Program-made: the position numbers and the translations under genes
In this document: positions 12,344 to 23,021 of the stretch, piece by piece
Numbering within the stretch: position 1 is the first letter of the stretch
Layout of the letters: the number at the start of each line of letters is the position of its first letter
Notes under the pieces: generated by a model
Seen by the model: the letters and a program-made list of their open reading frames with translations, nothing else
Database searches by the model: none
Told to the model about the DNA's origin: nothing
Assembly: GCA_035721065.1 (NCBI GenBank)
Contig: DASTNJ010000031.1
Location: forward strand, 32,368 to 64,367
Length of the DNA: 32,000 nt
Direction of reading: 5' to 3'
Source: Mycobacterium sp.
GTDB taxonomy: Bacteria > Actinomycetota > Actinomycetes > Mycobacteriales > Mycobacteriaceae

Positions 12344-12697
12344 TCAGGCGCGCAGCGACGCCCCGTCGAGATCGATCCCGATCACCCCGGCGACCCGGTC
12401 GAGGTCGGCGTCCCAGCAGAGCAGGGTGGCGTCATGACGATATGCCACCGCCGCGATCATGCAGCCGACCATTCCGCGCGGGGTGACTCCGGCCTGCCGG
12501 CACCGTCGGTAGATGCGCGTCGCCGCGTCGAAGTCGGCGACCGGATCGAAGGGCAGCAACCCGAAGCGCCGCAGCATGCTGCGCAGCGCGCGTTCCTGCG
12601 TGTCACTTCGTGCGCCGGCCGTCACTTCCATCACCACCGGCTCGGTGACCACCAGTTCGCCGTCGGTGGCGATCAGTTCGGCAAGGCGTTGATCCAC
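12344..12697 (-). pseudogene. VapC-like PIN-domain toxin lacking its N-terminal acidic motif (truncated or frameshifted)
   Basis: The 117-aa ORF (V)DQRLAELIATDGELVVTEPVVMEVTAGARS...FDAATRIYRRCRQAGVTPRGMVGCMIAAVAYRHDATLLCWDADLDRVAGVIG has the middle and C-terminal PIN motifs. The in-frame upstream sequence (..SSGAYDRATGSV) runs into a stop at 12782-12784 before any xxDTS first-Asp motif. No cognate antitoxin ORF lies upstream. Confidence 0.55.
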
Positions 12698-12719
12698 GAC
12701 GCTGCCGGTGGCCCGATCG

Positions 12720-12842
12720 TAAGCCCCGGATGATGGTGAGGTCGGCCATGCCGTGGGGCGGGTCGAAGTCGTCGTCTTGAGTCATCACCGGAAGCGCCCT
12801 TGACGCGGCGATCGCCGCGATCCACGGGTCGTTGAAAGACAT
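12720..12842 (-). pseudogene. Remnant of a second PIN toxin (C-terminal portion only)
   Basis: A different frame of the - strand reads MSFNDPWIAAIAASRALPVMTQDDDFDPPHGMADLTIIRG. This is the typical PIN C-terminus (nDxWIAA...TxDxDF...vI). There is no N-terminal half, and the frame runs on without its own stop into the next remnant. Confidence 0.4.
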
Positions 12843-12901
12843 ATTCACCAGCAGATGTATCATTTCGTCTACATAGCCATCAAATGCGTGGAGATGACAC
12901 A

Positions 12902-13147
12902 ATGTCGCGGACGATGATAGATATTGACGACGACGCGCTGGCCGCTGCCCAGGCGCGGCTGGGGACGTCGACGAAGGTCCAGACGGTGAACGAGGCGCTC
13001 CGACTCGCCGCGACGCCCCAGAGCCAGGAGCCGACGGCGCGATCGGTGATCGCGCTGCTTGCGGACTCCGAGATCGACGACCCTCTGGTGACGTCGGCGG
13101 CATGGCGAAGCGTCCCGCACCTCGAGTCGCGGGGACTGTCCGAGTGA
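12902..13147 (+). CDS. vapB: Type II antitoxin, VapB family (Rv0623-like fold suspected)
   Basis: MSRTMIDIDDDALAAAQARLGTSTKVQTVNEALRLAA... is the classic N-terminus of this mycobacterial antitoxin class. It is about 81 aa, sits immediately upstream of a PIN gene, and follows a low-GC putative promoter stretch at 12843-12901 (TATCAT at 12858-12863). Confidence 0.8.
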   Translation: MSRTMIDIDDDALAAAQARLGTSTKVQTVNEALRLAATPQSQEPTARSVIALLADSEIDDPLVTSAAWRSVPHLESRGLSE

Positions 13148-13191
13148 GTCTGCGACTGATCGGCGCACCGGACACCGCGCCGGCCGGGTTG

Positions 13192-13605
13192 ATGCTCATC
13201 GACACCAGCGCCTATGCGCAGATCAAGCATCATCCGCAAGCTGCCGAGCGGTTCACCGGCCTGGCCGCCCGCGGGCTGCTCGCAACCTGCAACGTGGTCT
13301 CGGCTGAGGTGCTGTACAGCATGGCGGGCATCACCTCGATCCGTGCCATGCGGGCGACCCTCGACGGCCTCTGGTATCTGCCGCTGACGGAGTGGTCCGA
13401 GATGCGCGCGCTGGAAACCCTGGTCAAACTCGCCGAGCGGGGAAAGCACCGGGCCGCCAAGGTAGGCGACCTGCAGATCGCCGCCGTCGCCGAGCAGTAC
13501 CGTGCGACCCTGCTGCACTACGACCACGACTTCGAGGACATCGCGGAGGTCACCGGGCAACCGGTCGAGTGGATTGTGCCGCGCGGAGCGGGCCACGGTG
13601 GTTGA
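13192..13605 (+). CDS. vapC: Type II toxin VapC (PIN-domain ribonuclease)
   Basis: The MLIDTSAY N-terminus carries the first Asp. SAEVLYS carries the Glu, GDLQIAAVAE the third acidic residue, and LLHYDHDFEDIAEV the fourth. An alternative start is GTG 13144, which overlaps the vapB stop (GTGA) and would add 16 aa. Confidence 0.85.
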   Translation: MLIDTSAYAQIKHHPQAAERFTGLAARGLLATCNVVSAEVLYSMAGITSIRAMRATLDGLWYLPLTEWSEMRALETLVKLAERGKHRAAKVGDLQIAAVAEQYRATLLHYDHDFEDIAEVTGQPVEWIVPRGAGHGG

Positions 13606-13898
13606 GGCGAGCGCGGGCGTACATCCGTGGTCGCCGTCCAGAAACCAGCGATCATCGATCCGCTCATGACGCACGTCACAAGCTCATAACACGAGTACGG
13701 TTTGATTTGGCGTGCACGCGAACGACCCCTAACATTAAGAGCTGTTTAAGACCTCAAAAGGCGGGGAGCCCCGGTCGGCGCCGGGCGCCGATGCGGCGGT
13801 CGGTCACCGGCGGGCCGTACACAAGCCACAGATGAGCTAGGCGAGCAGACACACTCGGCGTGCGGGCGCCCGCAGAGTTTGCGACAGGAGAACAAGGC

Positions 13899-15812
13899 AT
13901 GGCGTTGAAGTCCGAGGCGGACTATCGCAACCCGTTCATCAAGGACGGCAAGATCCAGCTGCCGGCCAACGGCAGCCTGGTCAAGACCGTCGAGCGGTGG
14001 GCACGGCTGCGCGGCGAGAAGCCGGCGTACACCTTCCTGGACTACTCCACCGAGCGCGACGGCATCGAGCGGGTCCTGTCCTGGGGTGAGTTCGGCGCCC
14101 GCAACCGCGCCGTCGGCGCCCGGCTGCAGCAGGTCACCAAGCCCGGCGACCGGGTCGCCATCCTGTGCGGGCAGAACCTGGACTACCTGGTCTCGTTCTT
14201 CGCCATCCTCTACTCCGGCCGGATCGCGGTGCCGCTGTTCGACCCGGGCGAGCCCGGCCACGTCGGCCGGCTGCACGCGGTGCTGGACGACTGCACCCCG
14301 TCGGCGATCCTGACCACCAGCGCGGCCGCCGAGGGCGTCAACAAGTTCTTCCGCTCCCGCCCGGCCAAGGACCGGCCGCGGGTGATCGCGGTCGACGCGG
14401 TGCCTGAGGAGGTCGGCTCCACCTGGGAGCTGGTGCCGACCGACCAGGACACCGTGGCCTACCTGCAGTACACGTCCGGGTCCACCCGCACCCCGACCGG
14501 CGTGCAGATCACCCACCTGAACCTGCCCACCAACGTGTTGCAGGTGATCCACGCGATGCGCGGCGGAGAGCTCGACCGCGGGGTGACCTGGCTGCCGTTC
14601 TTCCACGACATGGGCCTGATCACGATCATGCTGTCGCCGCTGATGGGCCAGCACTTCACCTTCATGACGCCGGCGGCGTTCGTGCGCCGGCCGCAGCGCT
14701 GGATCCGGGCGATGGCCCGCCGGCCGGACGACACGGGCTTCGCCTACTCGGTGGCGCCGAACTTCGCCTTCGAGCACGCCGCGCTGCGCGGCCTGCCCAA
14801 GGAGGGCGAGCCGGAGCTGGACCTGTCCAACGTGATGGCGATCCTCAACGGCAGCGAGCCGGTGTCGCCGGCGTCGGTGCGCAAGTTCAACGAGGCGTTC
14901 GGCCCGTACGGGCTGAGCCCGGACGCGATCAAGCCGTCCTACGGGCTGGCCGAGGCCACCCTGTTCGTCTCCACCACCCCGATGGATGAGTCGTTCCAGT
15001 CCGTGGTCGTCGACCGGGATGCGCTGAACAACGAGATGCGCTTCGTCGAGGTGCCCGCCGACGCGCCGAACGCCATCAACCAGGTGGCCTCCGGCAAGGT
15101 CGGGGTGGACGAGTGGGCGATCATCGTCGACCCGGAGACCGGCGCGGAGCTGCCCGACGGCCACGTCGGCGAGATCTGGCTGCACGGCGCCAACATGGGC
15201 GTCGGCTACTGGAACCGCCCCGAGGAGACCGTCGAGGTGTTCCAGAACGTGCTCAAGTCACGGACCAGCCCGTCACGCGCCGAGGGCGCCCCGGAGGACG
15301 GGTTCTGGGTGCGCACCGGCGACTACGGCACCTACTGGGGCGATGACAACCTCTACATCACCGGCCGGATCAAGGACCTGGTGATCGTCGACGGCCGCAA
15401 CCATTACCCGCAGGACCTGGAGTACTCGGCCGAGCAGGCCAGCAAGGCGCTGCGGGCCGGCTACGTCGCCGCGTTCTCGGTGCCGGCCAACCAGCTGCCC
15501 AAAGAGGTGTTCGACAACCCGCACGCCGGCCTGAAGTACGACCCCGACGACGGCTCCGAGCAGTTGGTGATCGTCGCCGAGCGGGCGGTCGGGGCGCACA
15601 AGCTGGAGCAGGCGCCGATCGCCGACGACATCCGGGCGGCCATCGCGGTGCGGCACGGGGTGACCGTGCGCGACGTGCTGCTGATGCCGGCCGGGACGGT
15701 GCCGCGCACGTCCAGCGGGAAGATCGGCCGCCGCGCCTGCCGGGCCGCCTATTTGGACGGCAGCCTGCGCAGCGGGACCGCCTCGCCGAACAGCTTCCCC
15801 GACCAGCAATGA
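13899..15812 (+). CDS. fadD32: Long-chain fatty acyl-AMP ligase FadD32
   Basis: ATG 13899 is preceded by AGGAGAA. At 637 aa it has the same length as the remembered Rv3801c. Shared stretches include [37 protein letters not shown] (AMP-binding motif), [18 protein letters not shown] and [11 protein letters not shown]. Its stop overlaps ATG 15809 (ATGA). Confidence 0.95.
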   Translation: MALKSEADYRNPFIKDGKIQLPANGSLVKTVERWARLRGEKPAYTFLDYSTERDGIERVLSWGEFGARNRAVGARLQQVTKPGDRVAILCGQNLDYLVSFFAILYSGRIAVPLFDPGEPGHVGRLHAVLDDCTPSAILTTSAAAEGVNKFFRSRPAKDRPRVIAVDAVPEEVGSTWELVPTDQDTVAYLQYTSGSTRTPTGVQITHLNLPTNVLQVIHAMRGGELDRGVTWLPFFHDMGLITIMLSPLMGQHFTFMTPAAFVRRPQRWIRAMARRPDDTGFAYSVAPNFAFEHAALRGLPKEGEPELDLSNVMAILNGSEPVSPASVRKFNEAFGPYGLSPDAIKPSYGLAEATLFVSTTPMDESFQSVVVDRDALNNEMRFVEVPADAPNAINQVASGKVGVDEWAIIVDPETGAELPDGHVGEIWLHGANMGVGYWNRPEETVEVFQNVLKSRTSPSRAEGAPEDGFWVRTGDYGTYWGDDNLYITGRIKDLVIVDGRNHYPQDLEYSAEQASKALRAGYVAAFSVPANQLPKEVFDNPHAGLKYDPDDGSEQLVIVAERAVGAHKLEQAPIADDIRAAIAVRHGVTVRDVLLMPAGTVPRTSSGKIGRRACRAAYLDGSLRSGTASPNSFPDQQ

Positions 15813-15826
15813 CCGAGGAGGGGGCT

Positions 15827-18800
15827 ATGGCCGACGGCGACGACAACACCGGTGACGACGCCGAGGTGGTGCGCTCCGGCGGCTCCGGCGACATGACCGT
15901 CGCGCAGATGCGGGAGTGGCTGCGCAACTGGGTGGCCAAGGCGACCGGACAGTCGCCGGAGGCCGTCAACGAGACCGTCCCGATGGTCGAGCTGGGCCTG
16001 TCGTCGCGCGACGCGGTGGCAATGGCCTCCGACATCGAAGACCTCACCGGGGTGACGCTGTCGGCGACGGTCGCGTTCCGCCACCCGACGATCGAGGCGC
16101 TGGCGACGGTGATCGTCGAGGGCGAGCCGGTGCTGGACGACGATGCGGACGACGAGGATTGGTCGCGCGAGCGCGAGGTCGCCGACATCGCGGTGGTGGG
16201 TCTGGCCACCCGGTTCCCCGGCGACATGAACAGCCCCGAGGAGACCTGGCAGAAATTGCTGGCCGGCTTCGACGCGATCAGCGATCTGCCGGAGGGCCGC
16301 TGGTCGGAGTTCCTGGAGGAGCCGCGGATCGCCGAGCGGGTCGCCCGTGCCCGCACCCGCGGCGGCTACCTGTCCGACATCAAGGGCTTCGACTCGGAGT
16401 TCTTCGCGCTCTCGGCGTTGGAGGCCAACAACATCGACCCGCAGCAGCGGCTGGCCTTGGAGCTGACCTGGGAGGCGCTGGAGAACGCCCGCATCCCGGC
16501 CTCCAGCCTGCGTGGCTCGCTGGTCGGGGTGTACGTCGGCGCGTCCAACAACGACTACAGCTACCTGGGCCTGTCCGACCCGAGCGTCACCCACCCGTAC
16601 GCGATCACCGGCAACGCGCACTCGATCATCGCCAACCGGGTCAGCTACTTCTACGACTTCCACGGGCCGTCGTTCACGGTGGACACCGCCTGCTCGTCCT
16701 CGCTGGTCGCCGCGCACGAGGGCGTGCAGGCGCTGCGCAGCGGCGAATGTGACATGGCGATCGTCGGCGGCGTCAACGCGCTGATCACCCCGCTGGTCAC
16801 GGTCGGCTTCGACGAGGTCGGCGGGGTGCTGGCCGCCGACGGGCGGATCAAGTCCTTCTCGAGTGACGCCGACGGCTACTCCCGCGCCGAGGGCGCCGGG
16901 ATGCTGGTTTTGAAGCGGGTCGACGACGCCAGGCGCGACGGCGATCAGATCCTGGCGGTGATCGCCGGGTCCGCGATCAACCACGACGGCCGCTCCAACG
17001 GCCTGCTGGCGCCCAACTCCGACGCGCAGGCCGCAGTGCTGCGCAAGGCCTACAAGGACGCCGGCATCGACCCGCGCACCGTCGACTACATCGAGGCGCA
17101 CGGCACCGGCACCATCCTGGGCGACCCGATCGAGGCCGAGGCGCTCGGCCGGGTGGTCGGCCGTGGTCGCGCCGCCGACAAGCCGGCGCTGCTGGGCGCG
17201 GTGAAATCCAATGTGGGACACCTGGAGTCGGCGGCCGGTGCGGCCAGCCTGGCCAAGATGGTGCTGGCGCTGCAGCACGACAAGATTCCGCCGTCGATCA
17301 ACTACGCCGGCCCCAACCCCTACATCGACTTCGACGCGTCGCACCTGAAGGTGGCCGCCGAGCCGACCGACTGGCCGCGCTACAGCGGATACGCGATCAC
17401 CGGGGTGTCCGGTTTCGGGTTCGGCGGCGCCAACGCCCACCTGGTGCTGCGCGAGGTGCTGCCGCACGACGTGCTGGCCCCCAAGGAGGCGGAGCCCGCC
17501 GGCGAAGCCGAGGCCGCGGATTCGCAAGAGCCGCCCGCGGAGTCGGGCGGGCTGCGGTTCGACGAGTACGGCGAATTCCTCGACTCCGAGGACCGGATCA
17601 TCGACACGTCCGAAGAGGAGGAGCGCGAGCTTCCCGGGCTGACCGAGGAGGCGTTGCGGCTCAAGGAGATCGCGCTGGCCGAGCTGGCCGAGAAGCAGGC
17701 CGCCGAACCGCACGTGCCACTCATCCCGTTGGCGGTGTCGGGCTTTCTGACCTCCCGCAAGAAGGCGGCCGCCGCCGAGCTGGCCGACTGGATGGAGACC
17801 GAAGAGGGCCGGGCGTCGTCGCTGGAGTCGATCGGCCGGGCGCTGTCGCGGCGCAACCACGGCCGTTCCCGCGCAGTGGTTCTGGCCCACGACCACGACG
17901 AGGCGATCGCCGGCCTGCGCGCGGTCGCCGACGGCAAGCAGAAGCCGAACGTGTTCTCCACCGACGGCCCGGTGACCAACGGGCCGGTGTGGGTGCTGGC
18001 CGGGTTCGGCGCCCAGCACCGCAAGATGGGCAAGGAGCTGTACCTGCGGGACCCGATCTTCGCCGAGTGGATGGACAAGCTCGACGCGCTGATCCAGGAC
18101 GAGCGCGGCGTGTCGATCCTGGAGATGGTGCTCGACGACGCGATCGACTACACCGGCGACACCGTCGAATACCCCATCGAGTCGGTGCAATTGGTGATCT
18201 TCGCCGTGCAGATCGCACTCGGCGAGCTGCTGCGCGCGCACGGCGCGCGACCGGGCGCGATGATCGGCCAGTCGCTCGGCGAGCCGGGCGCGGCCTACTT
18301 CGCCGGCGGGCTGTCGCTGCGCGACACGGTACGGATCATCGTGCCGCGAGCCCGGCTGATGGGCGAGGGCGAGGCGATGCTGTTCGGCGAGTACATCCGG
18401 CTGATGGCACTGGTCGAATACTCCGCCGAGGAAATCAAAACCGTGTTCGCCGACTACCCGGACCTCGAGGTGTGCGTGTACGCCGCGCCGGGCCAGACGG
18501 TGATCGGCGGGCCGCCCGAGCAGGTGGACGCGATCATCGCCCGCTGCGAGGCCGAAGGCAAGTTCGCCCGCAAGTTCCAGACCAAGGGCGCCAGCCACAC
18601 CGCCCAGATGGACCCGCTGCTGGGCGAATTCACCGCGGAGCTGCAGGGCATCCACCCGCATCCGCTGGACTGCGGCTACTACTCCACCGTGCACGAGGGC
18701 AGCTTCATCCGTCCGGGCGGCGAGCCGATCCACGACGTGGAGTACTGGAAGAAGGGTCTGCGCCACCCGGTGTACTTCACCCAGGGGGTGCGCAACGCCG

Positions 18801-21175
18801 TCGACAACGGGCACACCACGTTCCTGGAGCTGGCGCCCAACCCGGTGGCGCTCATGCAGGTCGGATTGACCACGGCCGCAGCGGGATTGCCGGACGCGCA
18901 GCTGATCGGCACGCTGGCCCGCAAGGCCGACGAGGTGGACTCGATGACCACCACGATGGCGCAGCTCTACGTCTACGGCCACGACCTGGACATGCGGACC
19001 CTGTTCGGCCGGGAGACCGACGGACCGGTCGGTCCCGACGAGTTCGCGCACATCCCGCCGACCCGGTTCAAGCGCAAGGAACACTGGCTGGACGCGCACT
19101 TCTCCGGCGACGCTTCCGGGGTGATGCCCGGCTCGCACGTGGCGCTGCCGGACGGCCGGCACGTCTGGGAGTTCGCGCCGCGGGGTGGTGCGGTGGACCT
19201 GGGTGCGCTGGTGAAAGCCGCTGCGGGGGTGGTGCTTCCGGACGCTTCGGTGGCGGCGGCCGAGCAGCGCGCGGTGCCCGGCGACGGCGCCCGCCTGGTG
19301 ACCACGCTGACCCGGCACCCCGGCGGGGCGGCGGTGCAGGTGCACGCCCGCATCGACGAGTCGTTCACGCTGGTCTACGACGCGCTGGTATCCCGCGGCG
19401 GGGCGGGCGCGGTGACGTTGCCGGTCGCGGTCGGGGCTGGGGTACTGGCGGACGACGACGCTGTGCCTGATGTCGCGGACGAAGCCGCTCCGGAGATCCT
19501 GACCGATAATTTGACCCAGGGTCTGGCGCTGGGCGCCAGTTTCGCCAAGTGGTCGCCGGACTCCGGTGAGACGGTGGCCGACCGGCTGGGCGCGATCGTC
19601 GGCGGCGCGATGGGCTACGAGCCCGAGGACCTGCCGTGGGAGGTGCCGCTGATCGAGCTGGGGCTGGACTCGCTGATGGCGGTGCGGATCAAGAACCGGG
19701 TCGAATACGACTTCGACATGCCGCCGATCCAGCTGACCGCGGTGCGCGACGCGAACCTGTACAACGTCGCGGAGATGATCACCTACGCGGTCGAGCACCG
19801 CGACGAGGTCGAGGCGCTGCACGAGCACCAGAAGACGCAGACCGCCGAGGAGATCGCCGCCGAGCAGGCCGCGATGATGGCCGCGGCGAAAGCGCCTGCG
19901 GCCGAGGCGGCTCCGGCTGTGGCCGAGGCGGCGCCGGCTGCGGCCGAGGCTGCGCCGGCTGAGGCGCCGGCACCCCCACCGTCGGACGTTCCGGTGCCCC
20001 CGCCGCCCACCGACCCTCAGGGTCCGGGCGTCAGCAAGGCCTCGTCCGCCACGGCCGCCGCCGCGGCCGCCAAGGTGCTCACCTCCGAAGCGGTGACCGA
20101 GGCGCTGGGCGCCGACGTGCCGCCGCGCGACGCCGCCGAGCGCGTCACCTTCGCCACCTGGGCGATCGTCACCGGCAAGTCGCCGGGCGGCATCTTCAAC
20201 CCGCTGCCCGAACTCGACGACGCCGCCGCCGAGAAGATGGCGCAGCGGCTGTCCGAGCGCGCCGAGGGCGTCATCACCGTCGACGCGGTGAAGTCGGCCG
20301 CCACCATCGAGGCGTTGGCGACCGTCGTCCGCGAGCAGCTCGAGGAAGGGGTCGTGGACGGCTTTGTCCGCACCCTGCGGGCACCGAAAGAAGGCTCGAA
20401 CGCGTTGCCGCTGTTCGTGTTCCACCCGGCCGGCGGGTCGACGGTGGTCTACGAGCCGCTGATGAAGCGGCTGCCCGCGGACACGCCGGTGTACGGCTTC
20501 GAGCGGGTGGAGGGCTCCATCGAGGAGCGCGCCGCCGAGTACGTGCCGAAACTGCTGGAGCTGCACTCCGGGCCGTTCCTGCTGGCCGGCTGGTCGCTCG
20601 GCGGGGCGCTGGCCTACGCGTGCGCGATCGGGCTGAAGCAGGCCGGCGCCGACGTGGCATTCGTCGGGCTGATCGACCTGGCGCTGCCCGGCGAGCCGAT
20701 CGACCAGAGCAAGGAGGGGATGCGCGCCCGCTGGGACCGCTACGCGCGGTTCGCCGAGCGCACCTTCAACGTCGAGGTGCCCGAGATCCCCTATGAGGAA
20801 CTGGAGAAGCTCGACGACGAGGGCCAGGTCCGCTTCGTGCTGGACGCGATCGCGGCCAGCGGTGTGCAGATCCCCGGCGGGATCATCGAGCACCAGCGCA
20901 CGTCGTACCTGGATCAGCGGGCCCTGGCCAGCGTCGAGATTCAGCCGTACGACGGGCACGTCACGCTGTACCTGGCCGACCGGTACCACGACGACGCGAT
21001 CGTGTTCGAGCCGGCGTACGCGACCCGCAAGCCCGACGGCGGCTGGGGCGAGTACGTCAAGGACCTGGAGGTGGTCCCGATCGGGGGCGAGCACATCCAG
21101 GCCATCGACGAGCCGTACATTGCCAAGGTCGGCGCGCATATGAGCGAGGCGATCAACCGCATCCAAGGGGAGTAG
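15827..21175 (+). CDS. pks13: Mycolic acid condensase polyketide synthase Pks13 (ACP-KS-AT-ACP-TE)
   Basis: It is colinear with the remembered Rv3800c. The active-site codons I located are: N-ACP Ser in LGLSSRD (16001-16003), KS Cys in DTACSSS (16691-16693), AT Ser in GQSLGE (18272-18274), C-ACP Ser in LGLDSLMAV (19670-19672) and TE Ser in GWSLGG (20594-20596). ATG 15827 (MADGDD, versus MADVAE in M. tuberculosis) has GAGGAGG 5-6 nt upstream. The alternative is ATG 15809. Confidence 0.95.
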   Translation: MADGDDNTGDDAEVVRSGGSGDMTVAQMREWLRNWVAKATGQSPEAVNETVPMVELGLSSRDAVAMASDIEDLTGVTLSATVAFRHPTIEALATVIVEGEPVLDDDADDEDWSREREVADIAVVGLATRFPGDMNSPEETWQKLLAGFDAISDLPEGRWSEFLEEPRIAERVARARTRGGYLSDIKGFDSEFFALSALEANNIDPQQRLALELTWEALENARIPASSLRGSLVGVYVGASNNDYSYLGLSDPSVTHPYAITGNAHSIIANRVSYFYDFHGPSFTVDTACSSSLVAAHEGVQALRSGECDMAIVGGVNALITPLVTVGFDEVGGVLAADGRIKSFSSDADGYSRAEGAGMLVLKRVDDARRDGDQILAVIAGSAINHDGRSNGLLAPNSDAQAAVLRKAYKDAGIDPRTVDYIEAHGTGTILGDPIEAEALGRVVGRGRAADKPALLGAVKSNVGHLESAAGAASLAKMVLALQHDKIPPSINYAGPNPYIDFDASHLKVAAEPTDWPRYSGYAITGVSGFGFGGANAHLVLREVLPHDVLAPKEAEPAGEAEAADSQEPPAESGGLRFDEYGEFLDSEDRIIDTSEEEERELPGLTEEALRLKEIALAELAEKQAAEPHVPLIPLAVSGFLTSRKKAAAAELADWMETEEGRASSLESIGRALSRRNHGRSRAVVLAHDHDEAIAGLRAVADGKQKPNVFSTDGPVTNGPVWVLAGFGAQHRKMGKELYLRDPIFAEWMDKLDALIQDERGVSILEMVLDDAIDYTGDTVEYPIESVQLVIFAVQIALGELLRAHGARPGAMIGQSLGEPGAAYFAGGLSLRDTVRIIVPRARLMGEGEAMLFGEYIRLMALVEYSAEEIKTVFADYPDLEVCVYAAPGQTVIGGPPEQVDAIIARCEAEGKFARKFQTKGASHTAQMDPLLGEFTAELQGIHPHPLDCGYYSTVHEGSFIRPGGEPIHDVEYWKKGLRHPVYFTQGVRNAVDNGHTTFLELAPNPVALMQVGLTTAAAGLPDAQLIGTLARKADEVDSMTTTMAQLYVYGHDLDMRTLFGRETDGPVGPDEFAHIPPTRFKRKEHWLDAHFSGDASGVMPGSHVALPDGRHVWEFAPRGGAVDLGALVKAAAGVVLPDASVAAAEQRAVPGDGARLVTTLTRHPGGAAVQVHARIDESFTLVYDALVSRGGAGAVTLPVAVGAGVLADDDAVPDVADEAAPEILTDNLTQGLALGASFAKWSPDSGETVADRLGAIVGGAMGYEPEDLPWEVPLIELGLDSLMAVRIKNRVEYDFDMPPIQLTAVRDANLYNVAEMITYAVEHRDEVEALHEHQKTQTAEEIAAEQAAMMAAAKAPAAEAAPAVAEAAPAAAEAAPAEAPAPPPSDVPVPPPPTDPQGPGVSKASSATAAAAAAKVLTSEAVTEALGADVPPRDAAERVTFATWAIVTGKSPGGIFNPLPELDDAAAEKMAQRLSERAEGVITVDAVKSAATIEALATVVREQLEEGVVDGFVRTLRAPKEGSNALPLFVFHPAGGSTVVYEPLMKRLPADTPVYGFERVEGSIEERAAEYVPKLLELHSGPFLLAGWSLGGALAYACAIGLKQAGADVAFVGLIDLALPGEPIDQSKEGMRARWDRYARFAERTFNVEVPEIPYEELEKLDDEGQVRFVLDAIAASGVQIPGGIIEHQRTSYLDQRALASVEIQPYDGHVTLYLADRYHDDAIVFEPAYATRKPDGGWGEYVKDLEVVPIGGEHIQAIDEPYIAKVGAHMSEAINRIQGE
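19898..19960 (+). repeat. In-frame 21-bp x3 tandem repeat ([21 protein letters not shown]) in a Pks13 linker
   Basis: The units are GCGGCCGAGGCGGCTCCGGCT, GTGGCCGAGGCGGCGCCGGCT and GCGGCCGAGGCTGCGCCGGCT, followed by a partial GAGGCGCCGGCA. Confidence 0.85.
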
Positions 21176-21179
21176 GGCA

Positions 21180-22733
21180 GTGACCAACAAGACCACCGCC
21201 GAGTTGCTGGCCGACCTGCACGAAAAGCTGGAGCAGGCCAAAGAGCCCGGCGGTGAGAAGGCCGTCGCCAAGCGGGAGAAGAAGGGCATCCCCAGCGCCC
21301 GGGCCCGCATCCACGCGCTGCTGGATCCGGGCAGCTTCCTGGAGATCGGCGCGCTGTGCAAGACCCCCGGCGACCCCAACGCGCTCTACGGCGACGGCGT
21401 CGTCACCGGCCACGGCCGGATCAACGGCCGGCCGGTCGCGGTGTTCAGCCACGACCAGACCGTGTTCCAGGGCTCGGTCGGCGAGATGTTCGGCCGCAAG
21501 GTGGCCAAGCTGATGGAGTGGGTGGCGATGATCGGCTGCCCGATCATCGGCATCAACGACTCGGCCGGCGCCCGCATCCAGGACGCGGTGACCTCGCTGG
21601 CCTGGTACGCCGAACTGGGCCGCCGGCACGAGATGCTGCGCGGCCTGGTGCCGGAGATCTCCATCATCCTGGGCAAATGCGCTGGCGGAGCGGTGTATTC
21701 GCCGATCCAGACCGACATGGTGGTGGCGGTGCGCGACCAGGGCTACATGTTCATCACCGGCCCGGACGTGATCAAGGACGTCACCGGCGAGGACGTGACC
21801 TTCGACGAGCTCGGCGGCGCCGACGTGCAGGCGCAGCGCGGCAACCTGCACCACGTCGTCAACGACGAGGCCGAGGCGTTCCAGTACGTCCGCGACTACC
21901 TGAGCTTCCTGCCGTCGAACACCTTCGACGACCCGCCGATCGTCAACCCGGGTCTGGAGCCGGAGCTCACCGAGTCGGACATGGAGCTGGACACCATCAT
22001 TCCGGACTCGGACAACACCGCCTACGACATGCACGAGATCCTGCTGCGAATCTTCGACGACGGTGACGTGTTCGACGTCGCCGAGCAGCGCGGACCGGCG
22101 ATGATCACCGCGTTCGCCCGGGTCGACGGGCGGCCGGTCGGGGTGATCGCCAACCAGCCGATGTTCATGTCCGGCGCCGTCGACACCGACGCCTCGGACA
22201 AGGCGGCCAGCTTCATCCGCTTCTGCGACTGCTACAACCTGCCGCTGATCTTCGTCGTCGACACCCCCGGAGCCATGCCGGGTTTCGCCGAGGAGGAGAA
22301 GGGGATCATCAAGCGCGGCGGCCGGTTCTTCAACGCGATCGTCGAGGCCGATGTGCCGAAGGTGACCATCGTGGTGCGCAAGGCCTATGGCGGCGGGTAC
22401 GCGGTGATGGGCTCCAAGCAGCTGTCGGCGGACCTGAACTTCGCCTGGCCCACCGCGCGGATCGCGGTGATCGGCGCCGACGGCGCGGCCCAGCTGCTGA
22501 TGAAGCGGTTCCCGGACCCCACCACGCCGGAGGCGCAGCAGGTCAAGAAGGATTTCATCGAGGGATACAACCTCAACCTGGCGATCCCGTGGACGGCGGC
22601 CGAGCGCGGCTACATCGACGGCGTGATCGAGCCGCACGAGACGCGGCTGCTGCTGCGAAAGTCGTTGCGGCTGCTCGCCGACAAGCAGAACACCCGCAAG
22701 GTGCAGCGCAAGCACGGGCTGCTGCCGATCTAG
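21180..22733 (+). CDS. accD4: Acyl-CoA carboxylase carboxyltransferase beta subunit AccD4
   Basis: GTG 21180 lies 4 nt after the pks13 stop. The 517-aa product is colinear with the remembered Rv3799c. Shared stretches include [78 protein letters not shown] and [41 protein letters not shown]. Confidence 0.95.
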   Translation: MTNKTTAELLADLHEKLEQAKEPGGEKAVAKREKKGIPSARARIHALLDPGSFLEIGALCKTPGDPNALYGDGVVTGHGRINGRPVAVFSHDQTVFQGSVGEMFGRKVAKLMEWVAMIGCPIIGINDSAGARIQDAVTSLAWYAELGRRHEMLRGLVPEISIILGKCAGGAVYSPIQTDMVVAVRDQGYMFITGPDVIKDVTGEDVTFDELGGADVQAQRGNLHHVVNDEAEAFQYVRDYLSFLPSNTFDDPPIVNPGLEPELTESDMELDTIIPDSDNTAYDMHEILLRIFDDGDVFDVAEQRGPAMITAFARVDGRPVGVIANQPMFMSGAVDTDASDKAASFIRFCDCYNLPLIFVVDTPGAMPGFAEEEKGIIKRGGRFFNAIVEADVPKVTIVVRKAYGGGYAVMGSKQLSADLNFAWPTARIAVIGADGAAQLLMKRFPDPTTPEAQQVKKDFIEGYNLNLAIPWTAAERGYIDGVIEPHETRLLLRKSLRLLADKQNTRKVQRKHGLLPI

Positions 22734-22756
22734 CTGCCCCTTTCCCCCCGCGACCC

Positions 22757-22802
22757 GACGCAGAATCGCACTCAGCCGCCGGCGCGAGTGCGATTCTGCG
22801 TC
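22757..22802 (+). terminator. Perfect 17-bp-stem hairpin after accD4 (no U-tract)
   Basis: GACGCAGAATCGCACTC (22757-22773) pairs with GAGTGCGATTCTGCGTC (22786-22802) across a 12-nt loop. It starts 24 nt after the accD4 stop. Confidence 0.5.
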
Positions 22803-23021
22803 TGCTCGCGCTGAAGGGGTCTCAGGGGAGTAAGTGTTGCGTAACGCTTTTATCACTCCAGTCACTTACGCATCAGAGCCACTATCGTGTGACGGAGAAG
22901 CTTTTGCGATACCAGTCAGCGCCGTCGAGTCGACGACGGCGACCGGAGACCGTAGGCGGCCATAGGCGTCCGTAGTCGGCACGACCCAGGGGGTTGAATT
23001 GCGCGCTAGTGACGAGGCTCG

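Noticed and set aside
15749-21379. 1876-aa ORF on the - strand, the longest ORF in the window
   Set aside because: It is exactly antisense to pks13. Its translation is Arg/Gly/Pro/Val-rich low-complexity sequence with no recognisable motifs, whereas the + strand frame carries every Pks13 catalytic motif. This is a typical stop-codon-poor antisense frame of high-GC DNA.
21153-22865. 570-aa - strand ORF, and the 498-aa - strand ORF at 23034-24530
   Set aside because: They are antisense to accD4 and to the MFS transporter respectively, with Arg/His/Gly/Asp-rich composition and no motifs.
22803-23021. Riboswitch or sRNA in the long leader of the MFS gene
   Set aside because: Small hairpins are visible, but I cannot match them to any riboswitch class from memory. 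A covariance-model scan is needed before any call.
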